Shown: piece after piece, positions 26,540-37,964 of the stretch
Layout of the letters: each line of letters opens with the position of its first letter
Position numbering within the stretch: position 1 is the first letter of the stretch
Assembly: GCA_964016885.1 (NCBI GenBank)
Contig: OZ024742.1
Span: forward strand, 105,338,001 to 105,402,000
Source: Eledone cirrhosa
Taxonomy: Eukaryota
Direction of reading: 5' to 3'
Length of the DNA stretch: 64,000 bases
Made by a program: the position numbers and the translations under genes
Notes under the pieces: model-generated
Database searches by the model: none
What the model saw: the letters and a program-made list of their open reading frames with translations, nothing else
What the model was told of the DNA's origin: nothing

Positions 26540-27230
26540 AATGCTCAGTTCTGGGATGAGAACCTATGTGGCTTTTTAGACCAGACATGCTTTTAAAATG
26601 TCGTCCGCATAAATTGCACCTTAGTTTCGGTGTAGCTTCAACTGTCTGAGTTTTCTGATCTTGAAATGTCTCTTTAGACCAGGCATGCCAAACATGCGGC
26701 CCGCGGCCCTTTACATGCACACCTGCGGTCCGCTCAAAGGTTTTTACAGTGCGAACGTATAGAATAAAAAGTATTAGTTGTAATGTGCGTAATTAGTTGT
26801 CATGTGTGGCCCTCGGACAACACATATGTGACTCATATGGACCTTGGAGGACCCTCAGTTTGACATGCCTGCTTTAGACCTCCTTTAGATTTGCATATTT
26901 TGTGGCATATGTGGCATTGATAAGTGTGAACTAGCTGATATGTTGTGAGGTCAGTAGGAAGTGTCCTATTGTGTGCTCTCATGTGAGATTGAAGTCCAGC
27001 CTCTGACAGGCAGATTTTGCCACAAACTGTACAAGTAGAAAATGTCCCATTAATTTCGTATTCACTTACTGGTTGTTTTTTCCTTATATTCCTCTTAATA
27101 TTTACTTGCATTAATCTATTTTGCTCAAAAGAAAGTTTTTACACCGTCCCATATTTTTGAGCGCCAGGTAGAGCGATCCACTGCAAGTCAAGTTTTTTTT
27201 TTGTATTCCTACATTCTTCAAGATCTCCCT
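26540..27230 (-). mobile_element. RTE LINE C-terminus with three C2H2 fingers, disrupted by a hAT MITE
   Basis: AVDRSTWR...EQNR..KRNIRK, then CTVCGK..GLQSHMRAH, CHICHK..GGLK and CNLCGR..GLKSHIGSH. Confidence 0.72.
26680..26871. mobile_element. hAT (Charlie-like) MITE
   Basis: TIRs CAGGCATGCCAAAC / GTTTGACATGCCTG and a perfect 8-bp TSD CTTTAGAC (26672-26679, 26872-26879). Confidence 0.92.
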
Positions 27231-27250
27231 CAATGCACGCACGCGCGCGC

Positions 27251-27328
<78 letters not shown>

Positions 27329-27395
27329 TGTGTAGGAGATTATTATGTGTATGTGCACATATGTATTTATACGTGTGGGTGTGTATATATATGAG

Positions 27396-29668
27396 TCTGA
27401 GACCATAGTGAGTGAGAGAGAGTAATGGTTTGTATACATCTGAATGGTCTGTAGTAGTAGGTTGACGTTGTCGTCGTGAGTCTGATGTCTCTGCGTTTCT
27501 GTAGACCTCAAGAGCCTGAGAGTAGCGGTGAATCTTTACATAGTTAGTTGCTAGCGTAATACTCCAATCTTTCTGTATAAACGTGGGATGATACAGGCTT
27601 TATATAGCTGTTGCTTCCTGTCTCCCACCCCGAGAGGTTAGACAACGCATGAACCTGTTCACACCAAAAGGGTGATGACCTAGAATTTGACCTTTAGGTG
27701 TCACCCAAGGTTCAATGCGCGGACAGATTTCACTACATTAGTTCTCTACTCAGATCGATGCAGGAGCAGCGATCGATTATAAAAGGGTTAGCGAAATCAG
27801 ATTCCTAGAAGCGTGTCCCAAAACACACAAAATGTGGGTAATGCGCCCGGACTTTGAGTGTAGAGAAATTTGGAGAGTGAAAAAAAAATATAGTATAACT
27901 GTGTAAGCATGTGTGTGTGTGTGTAACATTTAGAAGAAACTGTAGAAATACAAAGTTGTGATCATGTATTTCGAACTGTTGTGTATGAATGGATTGACGT
28001 TGGGGTTACGGTATCGGATTACGATATGATAACACAGGACTATTTCTTTGATGTATCATCATACGTAAGATCTTCTTCCAGTGAGTCGAGGTTTACGCTA
28101 TGACATGAGTGTGTGTAATTTTGAGTTGCGTGCTCAGTGAGTCGAGCAAGTAGTAACCGTGGGTTGATTATCATGTGTTTAATAGCTGTTGCCGGACCTC
28201 GACCAGTTGAATCTCGATGTATTATCATACGTAAGATTCTCTTCCAGTGAGTCGAGGTTTATGCTATGACATGAGTATGTGCAATTTTGAGTTGCGTGCT
28301 CAGTGAGTCGAGCGAGTAGTAACCGTGGGTTAATTATCATGTGTTTAATAGTTGTTGCCGAACTTCGACCAGTTGAAAAGTGATCCCGTAGAGACCCAAC
28401 CGAATCCAGAATATACCATAGACAAAAACATGTTGGTGAGTGACAAAGAAAATGATGTGTGTTTGATGAAAAACGTGTTATTCATACAGGCATATAATAC
28501 AGTATCACGAATAAAAATAATAAAATTGACATTCATATATAACCTGTAAAAAAAATATATATATATATATTTATATAATTGTTCTTAAAAAAAGTTCAGT
28601 TTTCTTCTCTTTACGTGATCGGATTCTTGCTAGGAAGCTAGTAGTAGTATCTGTTGTTGTTGTTGTTGGAGATTACGAAGCAAGTGGTGAAGTGTTTGGT
28701 AATTAATCGAAACATAAAAGCGAAGTCACTGTAAATATTCAGTAGAATGGAAGTTTGGTGAATAATTTGAAAAAGTGAAGTTTTATCATATCGTAGAATA
28801 TAGATGAGAAGCTTGGTAATTATATATTGCTGAGGTTGGCAAATGAAGCCATGATCAGAAAAATGCGTATTGTTTTCTTTTTTTTTGTATATACCACTTC
28901 GTTTTTGTTTTTAATTTTTTTTTTAACGTCAGGTCACCAATTTAACCAAGGGTATTTTTTGTAGTATATTGTTAGATGTGATTATAACAGTTGTTAGATG
29001 AAATAACATGGATAAGTATTTTAGTTTACACATGGTTTACTTCACGTGAATCAATTAAAAAGTACAATAAAACAGTTACCAAGAGTTGAAAAGGTAGACA
29101 ATGTTATTTTTGTTGTTGGTTCATGAGGCTGTTGTAGTCTGTAGTAGTTGACTGTTGTTGTTAGTGTGAAAACAGCGAGCGAACAGATAATGTTGTTGTT
29201 GTTTTTGGAGTCCGTGTTAGTAGTTCTGAGACCATAGTGAGTGAGAGAGAGTAATGGTCTGTAATTGATTGTAGACCACTGTGGCTTGTACATAGCGGTG
29301 TATCATTCACATAGCGGGTCTGTAATAGTAGGGCTCCGATCTTTCTATAGACCTCTAGGGTCTGTTGATAGCTGTGAATCTTTACATAGCTTGTTGTGTA
29401 TCGTAGAGCTCCGATCTATCTGTCTTTCTGTAGACCACTGGGGTCTGTTGATAGTGGTGAATCTTTCACATAGCTTGTTCTGTTGTGAGGTGCTCCGATG
29501 TCTCTGTATAAACGTGGGATGATAAAGGCTTTATATACCTGTCGCTTCTTGTCTCCCACCTTGAGGGGATAGCCAACGCATGAACCTGTTCACACCAAAA
29601 GGGTGATGACCTAGAATTTGACCTTTAGGTGTCACCCAAGGTTCAAGGCATGGACAGATTTCACTACA
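27396..29668 (-). mobile_element. Second non-autonomous LTR element, 3' LTR truncated
   Basis: Direct repeats at 27396-27737 and about 29225-29668, both ending CACTACA. PBS-like TGGTGACCTGACGT at 28926-28939 and a purine tract at 27738-27751 on the minus strand. Confidence 0.78.
28050..28377. repeat. Tandem duplication, 166-bp period, inside the LTR element
   Basis: 28050-28211 versus 28216-28377. Confidence 0.88.
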
Positions 29669-30012
29669 CACACACACACACACATATATCTATATCTCTC
29701 TATATATATATAGTGTGTGTGTGCATGTGTGTTTATGTAAAAGTATACTTTCACTCCTTAGGTTTTTTTAAATTTTTATCCTAGCTCATTTCTTTCATAG
29801 CTAATTTTTTTTTTTTATTGTATTGAAACATGTTAAAGATGAATTTTTGATAACATTTTTTACTTCTTTTCTACACTTCACGCCTAGTGTTTGTTTTTCC
29901 TATACATTAATATATATATAGGAAAAAGTATGACCCCCGACGGCAGAGCTCAAGCCGTTTCGACGGCTATTTCTGGATTAAATTAGAATTTTTAGCCTGG
30001 TGAATATATCTG

Positions 30013-30051
<39 letters not shown>

Positions 30052-30259
30052 TATGTACACGTACATACATATATGTATACAGACGTACAGTAGTATGTAT
30101 ATATATATATATACATACATGCACACACATATATATGTACGTATGGATTCACCGAACATTTATTATAATGCTCGGTGTGTTTGTAAACAAACATCCCGAA
30201 TTAAGCCGTACAGTGTCTAGCAACCATCGTTGCTCATTTATTCAACACTGACAAGGGAA

Positions 30260-30300
30260 CGCTGTACTAGTTTCAAGCTTATTAGCTATCGTCAGCAACG
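30260..30300 (-). ncRNA. Minimal type I hammerhead ribozyme motif
   Basis: cgttg-CTGACGA-t-agct-aata-agct-t-GAAA-ctag-TA-cagcg. 5-bp stem I, 4-bp stem II, palindromic stem III ACTAGT and GUA cleavage triplet. Confidence 0.78.
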
Positions 30301-30692
30301 CATACATTCCTGCCAGATGGTTGAACGTCTGAAAGTATATACTTTCCTTATGCATATTAACGGCTGAGCAGCCTAATTTGCATATCGAGTGAGTTAATCG
30401 GCCGGGATACCGAAAACGATAAACGGAAAAAATGAAACGAAATTTCATTTCTCACTCTTAGTACGGCTGTTACTTAAATATAAGTATGTACACGTACATA
30501 CATATATGTATACAGACGTACAGTAGTATATATATATATATATACATACATGCACACATATATATATATGTACGTATGGATTCACCGAACATTTATTATA
30601 ATGCTCGGTGTGTTTGTAAACAAACATCCCGAATTAAGCCGTACAGTGTCTAGCAACCAACGTTGCTCATTTGTTCAACACTGACAAAGGAA

Positions 30693-30733
30693 CGCTGTAC
30701 TAGTTTCAAGCTTATTAGCTATCGTCAGCAACG
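30693..30733 (-). ncRNA. Minimal type I hammerhead ribozyme motif, second tandem copy
   Basis: Identical to 30260-30300 and 433 bp away. Confidence 0.78.
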
Positions 30734-31038
30734 TATACCTTCCTGCCAGATGGTTGAACGTCTGAAACTAATACAGCGTTCCTTTGTCAGTGTTGAACAA
30801 ATGAGCAACGATGGTTGCTAGACACTGTACGGTTTAATTCGGGATGTTTGTTTACAAACACACCGAGCATTATAATAAATGTTCGGTGAATCCATACGTA
30901 CATATATATATGTGTGCATGTATGTATATATACATACTACTGTACGTTTGTATACATATATGTATGTACGTGTACATACTTATATTTAAGTAACAACCGT
31001 ACTAAGAGTGAGAAATGAAATTTCGTTTCATTTTTTCC

Positions 31039-31086
<48 letters not shown>

Positions 31087-31090
<4 letters not shown>

Positions 31091-32290
31091 TGAATGAAAA
31101 TGGTTCATTTATTAATGATGGCATTTAAAAAAATAAACGATGTACATGAAATTACATAATAGCGAAGTTCACATTTTCCCCAAACAAATATGCTGACAAT
31201 ATAGATAACTTAAAATTACAACCACAAATGCCATAGTTGTCAAAATTCAACACATACATACATGTATCTTTCGTACTTAATTACATAAATATTTCATATG
31301 AAACTATAGAATCAAAACGTAAGAAAATATTCAGTCAACACTAAGTGTGTCAATCGGTCACATACCACAAGGGGTAGCGGAGTCGCCCTCTAATACTTTT
31401 TGAGGCAAGCCTTACCCCGGATAACAGCGAGGCTAAGGCGCTGGTACAACCAAGCACCTTCATGAGCATCACCTGATACCCAGATAAGGCGAGCCGCCAA
31501 CGATGACAAGAACTTCGTTGTCAGGGGCCCCTGCTCCTTCAAACGTCTCGAACACCACAGGCTGGAAAAAATAGTTTGTCGACAATTTCCAGTATTTTAA
31601 AATGTTATTGCGTTCGGCTACGGAAGCAGTGACCTCACATTTATTGCAGCCTCCAGGATGTGGGAAGGAGGGAAAATGTCACTGACTATGGCACCCCAAA
31701 GGAGACATCTACCTCTTACAAGGGACAAAGAGTAAGACCGTTTAGTCTCTTCACTCCAGCTCTGGATAATCATGTCGGTTCCAGAGTTGAAGGAATATTT
31801 ATCCGAGCCAGTCCAGCTTATTAACCAAGTTTAGCTCGGTATGGCGAGTGAAACAACCAGTATTCAAGTGGCACGACAAACCATTTCAGTTCACCACAGA
31901 CAAGACTCTACTCGATGCAATGGAGATGCAGAGCTTATCCAAACTACGTAAGCCACCGATGTTGGCTGTGGCCAGGGCATCAACCCAGTTCCCCGAGAAT
32001 TTTGTGCTCGCGGAAAGAAGGCGACACCTTGAGAATTAATCGGATTGATCAAAGGTAGAGTTGAAGGTGTTTCCCGAACGAAGATTGTCCCAAACTCTCT
32101 GCTTCAGTCAATCCTCCTCTGTATCAGGAACTGACAAACATAGTTCCTTCGACTGTAGTAGAGCTTCATTAATCTCCTTGTTAGAATTAGTCCAAAAGGG
32201 GGCCAGCATAAATGGAGGAAAGGAAGCAGGGAAGAAACAGAGACAAGCATTTATGCAGGCCTAGCCACTCCACCCCAATCGTTTGGGCAA
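31087..32290 (-). mobile_element. CRE-like (RLE endonuclease) non-LTR retrotransposon 3' fragment
   Basis: LP.R..G motif, AERNNILKYWKLSTNYFFQPVVFETF and LAVIRG, then an AT-rich 3' UTR with AATAAA ending at (TA)n. Confidence 0.7.
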
Positions 32291-32499
32291 CACATCCTGA
32301 TCACGAAACTTATGTCATCAAGCGAATCGAAACTATCTGTTGTTATAAGCGCACCGACGTCCTTTACAGCCAAGCACTATGCTACAGAATAACTGAGAGT
32401 TATCTCCCCCGGTTTCTGGCGACTGACTTCTCTTGTCGAGGACACACTTCACACTGCTGTTATAAACATTAGCTGGACTACTTCGCTTGTCGCTTCATT

Positions 32500-32523
32500 A
32501 TGCCAGGATGCTGTACTGCACAA
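32500..32523 (+). CDS. SERINC: SERINC family (SERINC5-like) coding exon 1, MPGCCTAQ
   Basis: ATG CCA GGA TGC TGT ACT GCA CAA followed by donor GTAAGA, phase 0. Resembles the short Cys-Cys-x-x-Gln first exon of SERINC5 and joins exon 2 in frame. Confidence 0.75.
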
Positions 32524-33065
32524 GTAAGAATCATATATATACATTCACACACAGATATTTATATGTATAATATATATATAAAGTTTACCGTTTCTATTGT
32601 TTTCATTTTCAGACCAAAATATTTAAATATTTTAATATCATCGTAGATTGATCCTTTGTTTGTGGGATGAAGCGTATTATAACTTGATAGTTATTAGCAC
32701 CCCATTGCTTTACTATGTAGCGAATTAAAAGAAATATTAGATGATTACTTGAAACTTCAGGGTTAAAATCAAAGAAATTAAGACAAAAAAAGTATTAAAA
32801 AAACAAAAATAAACAAGCTTCTACAAACTCCCCGAAGTTGCTTGCTATAGTTTTGCTTCCCTCGTCAAAGTAATACCATGCACTATGATGGTATGATGAC
32901 GTTGCTTTTAGTCTCATTATATAAAGGGATTTTGTGGTATGTTTGTAGCAGTGAGGGTGCTAGCGGCGGGCGACAGGAGCTGGTCTGGCTTCTTAAATAT
33001 CCTTCGAAAATAGGCATATTATGATTTCCATCTTTTTGTTGTTTCACAACAATGCTGCAGCTAGC

Positions 33066-33104
<39 letters not shown>

Positions 33105-33109
<5 letters not shown>

Positions 33110-33263
33110 AAAATGTATGACCCCCCGACGGCAGAGCTCAACCCGTTTCGACGGCTATTTCTGGACTAAATTAGAATTTTTAGCGCTAAAAATTCTAATT
33201 TAGTCCAGAAATAGCCGTCGAAACGGCTTGAGCTCTGGCGTCGGGGGTCATACATTTTCCTAT
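33105..33263. repeat. Loop-less palindrome centred on AGCGCT (33182-33187)
   Basis: About 79-bp arms with few mismatches. Related arms occur at 24818-24849, 25135-25280 and 29918-29997. Confidence 0.9.
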
Positions 33264-34539
33264 TACCCACTCTACTACCCTAAGTATTGAGTACTCTGGT
33301 GTGTTATGGTCCATCTGGTTCCTTACCACAACTCCTTCGTTATATTCTGATAAACTATATATGTATACACACACATATATATGTATATATATATATATAT
33401 ATACCTTGGAAATTCCAGAAGACTTCAAAAATATAAATATGCAGACAAATGTTTAAATATGCATAGATAAACGCACGCACGCAAATGAGTATGCTCGCAG
33501 TGAAATTTGCAGAAATATATATATGTATATTCGTCTATGTACATAATCATAAATACGCACATACATACAAACACTTCCATGTACATATTCATAATTTACG
33601 TACACCCATACACACAAACATAGACACTTGCATACCCACATATACTATTCTGTGTACATAATTATAAATGCGCACATACTAACACAAACACTTATATCTA
33701 CATAAACGTTTATAAACACGAATCTACACACGCAACCTAACGCAGCTATATCACGCACCCACCTCTTCAGTGTGACACACACAACGCTGATATAATCCCA
33801 ACGTACACAGAAACCTATATAGGCATACACAGAATTGCATCACGGCAAAAGCGTACATAAATAAAGACTCGAATGCGTCTAGTTAGGATGGAGACACTTA
33901 CATAAAAGTTTACCTTGAAATAAAATTACAATTAGATTTTTAAGCAGATCTCATATATTTCTCTATATAAATGTGTGCGCGCGTGTTGCACTTATGTATG
34001 TGTGAGATAATACGGTAATGACAAGCAGGCTATTGTCTGTGTAATAAAGAAAACAGTAGGACCCTAAAATACAAGTGGTGGTTTGTGTCGGTAATTGTTG
34101 ACGAGTATAAACAATTGAAAAGAGGAATAAATTTGCCTCAAAGCAGAATTAAGTCTCGCTGCTTCTGTTGAAACGTTAGATGTATCTTCTTCACCTGAAA
34201 CTAATTTCTATTTTGAATTGTTTATATATACTCTAGTAACACAAGATCAATACAATCATACAATGCACTGTGTCAACTTTACTTTACAAAGCACCAACGA
34301 ACTAGCTTATATACATTGCTCGATCTGCTAGAAATAGCAGACAAATCTTCCTCATAACGCATGCTACCGTCAAAGAAAAGGAAACATTGGACAATGTGAA
34401 ATGGTCTGCTCTAATTCGTGTGTCTCTCTTGTATTAAGACAGCAAAGTGCGATTTGCTGCTATTTCTAGTAGGTCGAGTGACCATGTACAGCTGCATTTT
34501 TTAAAAACTAATTATTTCAAGTTAATCCCTCTTATAGAT

Positions 34540-35390
34540 TCTCGTCGTCTTTCCAATGCTTTGAAGACTTAATCTTCAGTGAGCTCGAGGACCTGCTCAA
34601 TGTCAGACTCTCTCCAGCGTCCCGCGACCAGGCTGCTTTGCCCAAACGGTTTGGAGGTCTTGGTCAGCCTAAATGCTCGTCTCTGGTTCTACCTTGCTTT
34701 CTTTCTTCCATCTACACTTGCTCCTATTTAGTAGGTGACATCCTCTCCTTTCCAACATGGACTAGTTCTACCAGGGAGATGGATGAAACTTTACTACAAT
34801 GGAGGGAGCTGGGTTTCTCAGTTTCCGATACTGACGAAGATGCGTTCGAGCGAAACATTTAACTATCTCTTTGATAATTCTGATCAATTTTCTAAGTGCC
34901 ATTTTACTTTCTGCAAGTGCAAAATTCTCAGGGCACTGGATTGATGCCCTGCCTATGGCCAACATTGGTGGTCTTACTCTGAATGAGCTCCGCATTTTCA
35001 TTGCACTCCCAGTGGGAGCCGATGTCTGTGGAGGTCTGAGATGTCGCTGTGGTCGGTCCCTCAACTCCACATGCCTCCCTGGTTTGTCCTGCTGCGTGAA
35101 TGCTGGTCGCCTCGCCCGTCACACCAAGCTAAACCTGATCATTAAGCGGGTCCTAGCTCGGGTAAATATCCCCTCAGTTCTGGAGCCGACTGGATTATCC
35201 AGAATTGATGGGAAGAGACCAGACGGCCATATCCTTTGTCAGCGGTAAATGTGAGGGTCACTGCTTCCGTTGCCGAACAGAATAAAATCTTAAAATACCG
35301 GAAACTATCAAATTACTACTTTTCCACCCTGTGACGTTCAAGACGTTTGGTGGAGGTGGGCCGCTGAGAGCGAAGTTCTTGTCATATAAG
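34540..35390 (+). mobile_element. CRE-like non-LTR fragment
   Basis: LPKRFGGLG, SGHWIDALP, CRCG..GLSC..RH zinc knuckle, EP.GLSR.DGKRPDG and AE..K..KY RLE motifs. Confidence 0.82.
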
Positions 35391-35639
35391 TCTTACAGGA
35401 TGAAAATATAAACACATAATATATACAAAGCATATAAATAAATAAATTTACAGTAGAATAACATAGCAAATATGTTTTAAATATATACATAAATAACATT
35501 ATAAATTGCTCGCGATTCTTTCAGAAGGATATATTCCTTTAATGTTGCAATATTAAAAAAAATATAAAGGAAGGGGTGAACAGCCGAGTCACTATCAGAG
35601 CAAACGACAGCAGCGTCGCGAGGAGAACTGGGAAACCTC

Positions 35640-35885
35640 TCTAATGATTTTTGAGGCAAGCCAGCACGCTCGCAGCGTTGCCTCGGGTGATGGCCAGGCT
35701 GATGCATTGCAACAACCAAGCGCGCTCGCGAGATTCGCCAGTTACCTCTATTAGGCGAGCCGCCAGTGAAGAGAGGAAAATCGCAGTCAGCAGCCCGACT
35801 ACACCGAACGTCTTGAAAGCCACAGGCTGGAAAATGTAGTTGGCCGACAGATCACAGTATTTAAGGGTTTTGCTCCGTTCGGCGC
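35640..35885 (-). mobile_element. CRE-like RLE C-terminal fragment
   Basis: AERSKTLKY..FQPVAFKTFG..RERAWLLQCISLAITRGNAASVL. Confidence 0.8.
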
Positions 35886-36083
35886 ATCTCAGGTAAGTTC
35901 ATCTGACAGCACTTCCCTGCCTGTAGAGTTCATCTCGAACTGGCTGTGACTCCCGCTATCACTGCCAAGCGAGGGATTTCGTATAGTTATGTGCATTATA
36001 TTTTAGCAATAATTAATTATATTTACGGCGATGAATTTGTTTAGCAAGGTTTTTGATATGAAATCGTGGGTTGAAAGAAATAA

Positions 36084-36210
36084 TGTTATATTGGGGGTGC
36101 GGGGGTCATGTTGTTATAATATTGCCAGAAATATATAGTAAAACACACGCGAGTGTGTTTTACTATATATCTCTGGCAATATTATAACATGACCCTCCCC
36201 AAATATAACA
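36084..36210. repeat. Palindrome, about 60-bp arms
   Basis: tgttataatattgccagaaatatatagtaaaacacac-gcga-gtgtgttttactatatatctctggcaatattataaca. Confidence 0.88.
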
Positions 36211-36329
36211 ATTGTATTTATTATGCGTTTATATTTTCATTCTTTAAGAACTATAAACAATTTGTAATGTTATTTATACAACTGTTAACTTCTGAAAATA
36301 AAATAGTATCTCTTTGACTGAGCTGCAGT

Positions 36330-36800
36330 CCTGGGTCAATAAGAGGTCGAGACTTGCACCTGATATCTAGAATGTTGCCATGCATTTACTGCCCTCCACC
36401 ATATGCGGAATGCGGTCAGTGGAAATTCCACTCTTGAATTCTATAGAGGATTAGTGGTGAGCAAGTGCGACGACGCTCTTTGAGAGGCTCTGTGCGTCGA
36501 CGAAATCGAATTGACCAGTCTGTATCGGAGGATTTTCGAGCCGGGGACTATGGATAATTTCCAGAAATCCCTCACTTAGCAATGATACCGGGAGGCACAG
36601 CCAGTTCGAGATGAACTCTACAGGCAGAGAAGTGCTTGCCCGAGATGCGCACAGAACGACGAAACCGTCCCGCACGCACTCGTCCAGTGTCCGTGCATTA
36701 CTGACTTGTGGAGTTATGTCGAACAGCTGTTATCGCGTGTATGACGGATCCGGCTTTCGGCCGAGTCTATAGTGAAGATCGCCCTGCTTCAAATACTTGT
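36330..36800 (+). mobile_element. Tx1/L1 C-terminal zinc-finger (zf-RVT) fragment
   Basis: CPRCAQNDETVPHALVQCP..LWSYVEQLL. A piece of the same sequence is inverted at 35881-35980. Confidence 0.75.
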
Positions 36801-37566
36801 TGACGGTATGAATTTTTTGCCGCGAAAAAGTGAGAGGGAGGGGGGGGGGGGTTGAACTTCCCTCTCCCCGACCGAGTTTTCTTAACGACCTCTCTCCTTC
36901 CGTTTTTTCTTGTGCTACCAACTAATCTTATCTCAGAACATGCTGCAAAATACTTTTCCCCCAGAAAATGGAGGAGGAAAGAGACACTCGGACATGCACT
37001 CTCCTGCTGGATTTTTCTTTACCCCTTAACTCTAACCCCGGGGGAGATGAAAAGTCCGAGTCCCCTTTCCTACTTCCGTTTTCCAGAGAAAAGTCTTTTG
37101 CAGCATGTTCTGAGGTAATCTATAGCACACGGAAAAGAAACGGAAAAAGAAGCGACAAAGAAAACTCGGAGGTCGGGTGGAAAGTTCGAGGATTACCCCC
37201 CCCCCCCTTATTTTTTTCTGAGGTGAAAAAGACCTTTGCACCTAATCAGGAGGTAAAATTAATTGATGCCATAAAAAAAAAAGTTATTTCTTATTGATAT
37301 CGGTAGGAGTGTCTTTATATAATGGTTTCTGATTTAGGCACAAGGCCAACATTTTGGGGGGAAGGGGAAAATCGATTAAATGACCTTAGTGCGTTACTGG
37401 TACTTTATTTTATCAACCGTTGGCGGGATTTGAACTCGGAACATAAAGGGACGTAACTATATTCTGCAAAGCATTTCATCCTATGCTCTAACAATTACTA
37501 CCAATTCCCCCCCCACCCCTGTCCCTGTATCTTTCTATTCTATAATACCCCAAATCCTACTATATA

Positions 37567-37732
37567 CCGTACTTCCCGACGCTGAAGACGCTTCGCCCTC
37601 AAGGACACACTAATTTTGACATCCAAAAATTAAAAAAAAAAATAGTAAACAACCTTTGGCCTCCAGAACACATGGTAGATTTTTGAGACTTATTTTAGGA
37701 AAAAGTAGCGTCTTCAATGCTGGGAAATACAG
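37567..37732. mobile_element. Tc1/mariner (pogo-like) MITE
   Basis: TA-flanked TIRs, homologous to 21470-21632. Confidence 0.8.
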
Positions 37733-37964
37733 TAAGTTTTAGATAATTAAAGTAAAGTTACCAGAATTTGAATTTATAAAATTTATAAAATATTTGTTTT
37801 CATTATGTTAAATATCCCCAAGTTAGGCTGGTTGATAAATCCTGTACTTGATTTCTGTTTCTGTAGAAGCAGGTAGTTGAGTGATAAATATCTTATCCCA
37901 TTCTCCTGAGAGGTTACAAGTCTTTTGCATTTGACATAAATTACATCGGAAGGGCATCAAGCAA

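Larger units (their letters stand above)
30044..31044 (-). mobile_element. Hammerhead-bearing 433-bp tandem unit plus inverted arm (retrozyme or Penelope pLTR-like), non-coding
   Basis: 30044-30337 is repeated at about 30477-30767. 30763-31044 is the reverse complement of 30419-30708. (TA)n lies at both outer ends. Confidence 0.8.

Noticed and set aside
26833-27111. Host C2H2 zinc-finger gene
   Set aside because: No TGEKP linkers, preceded by RTE C-terminal motifs, and disrupted by a MITE and a frameshift.
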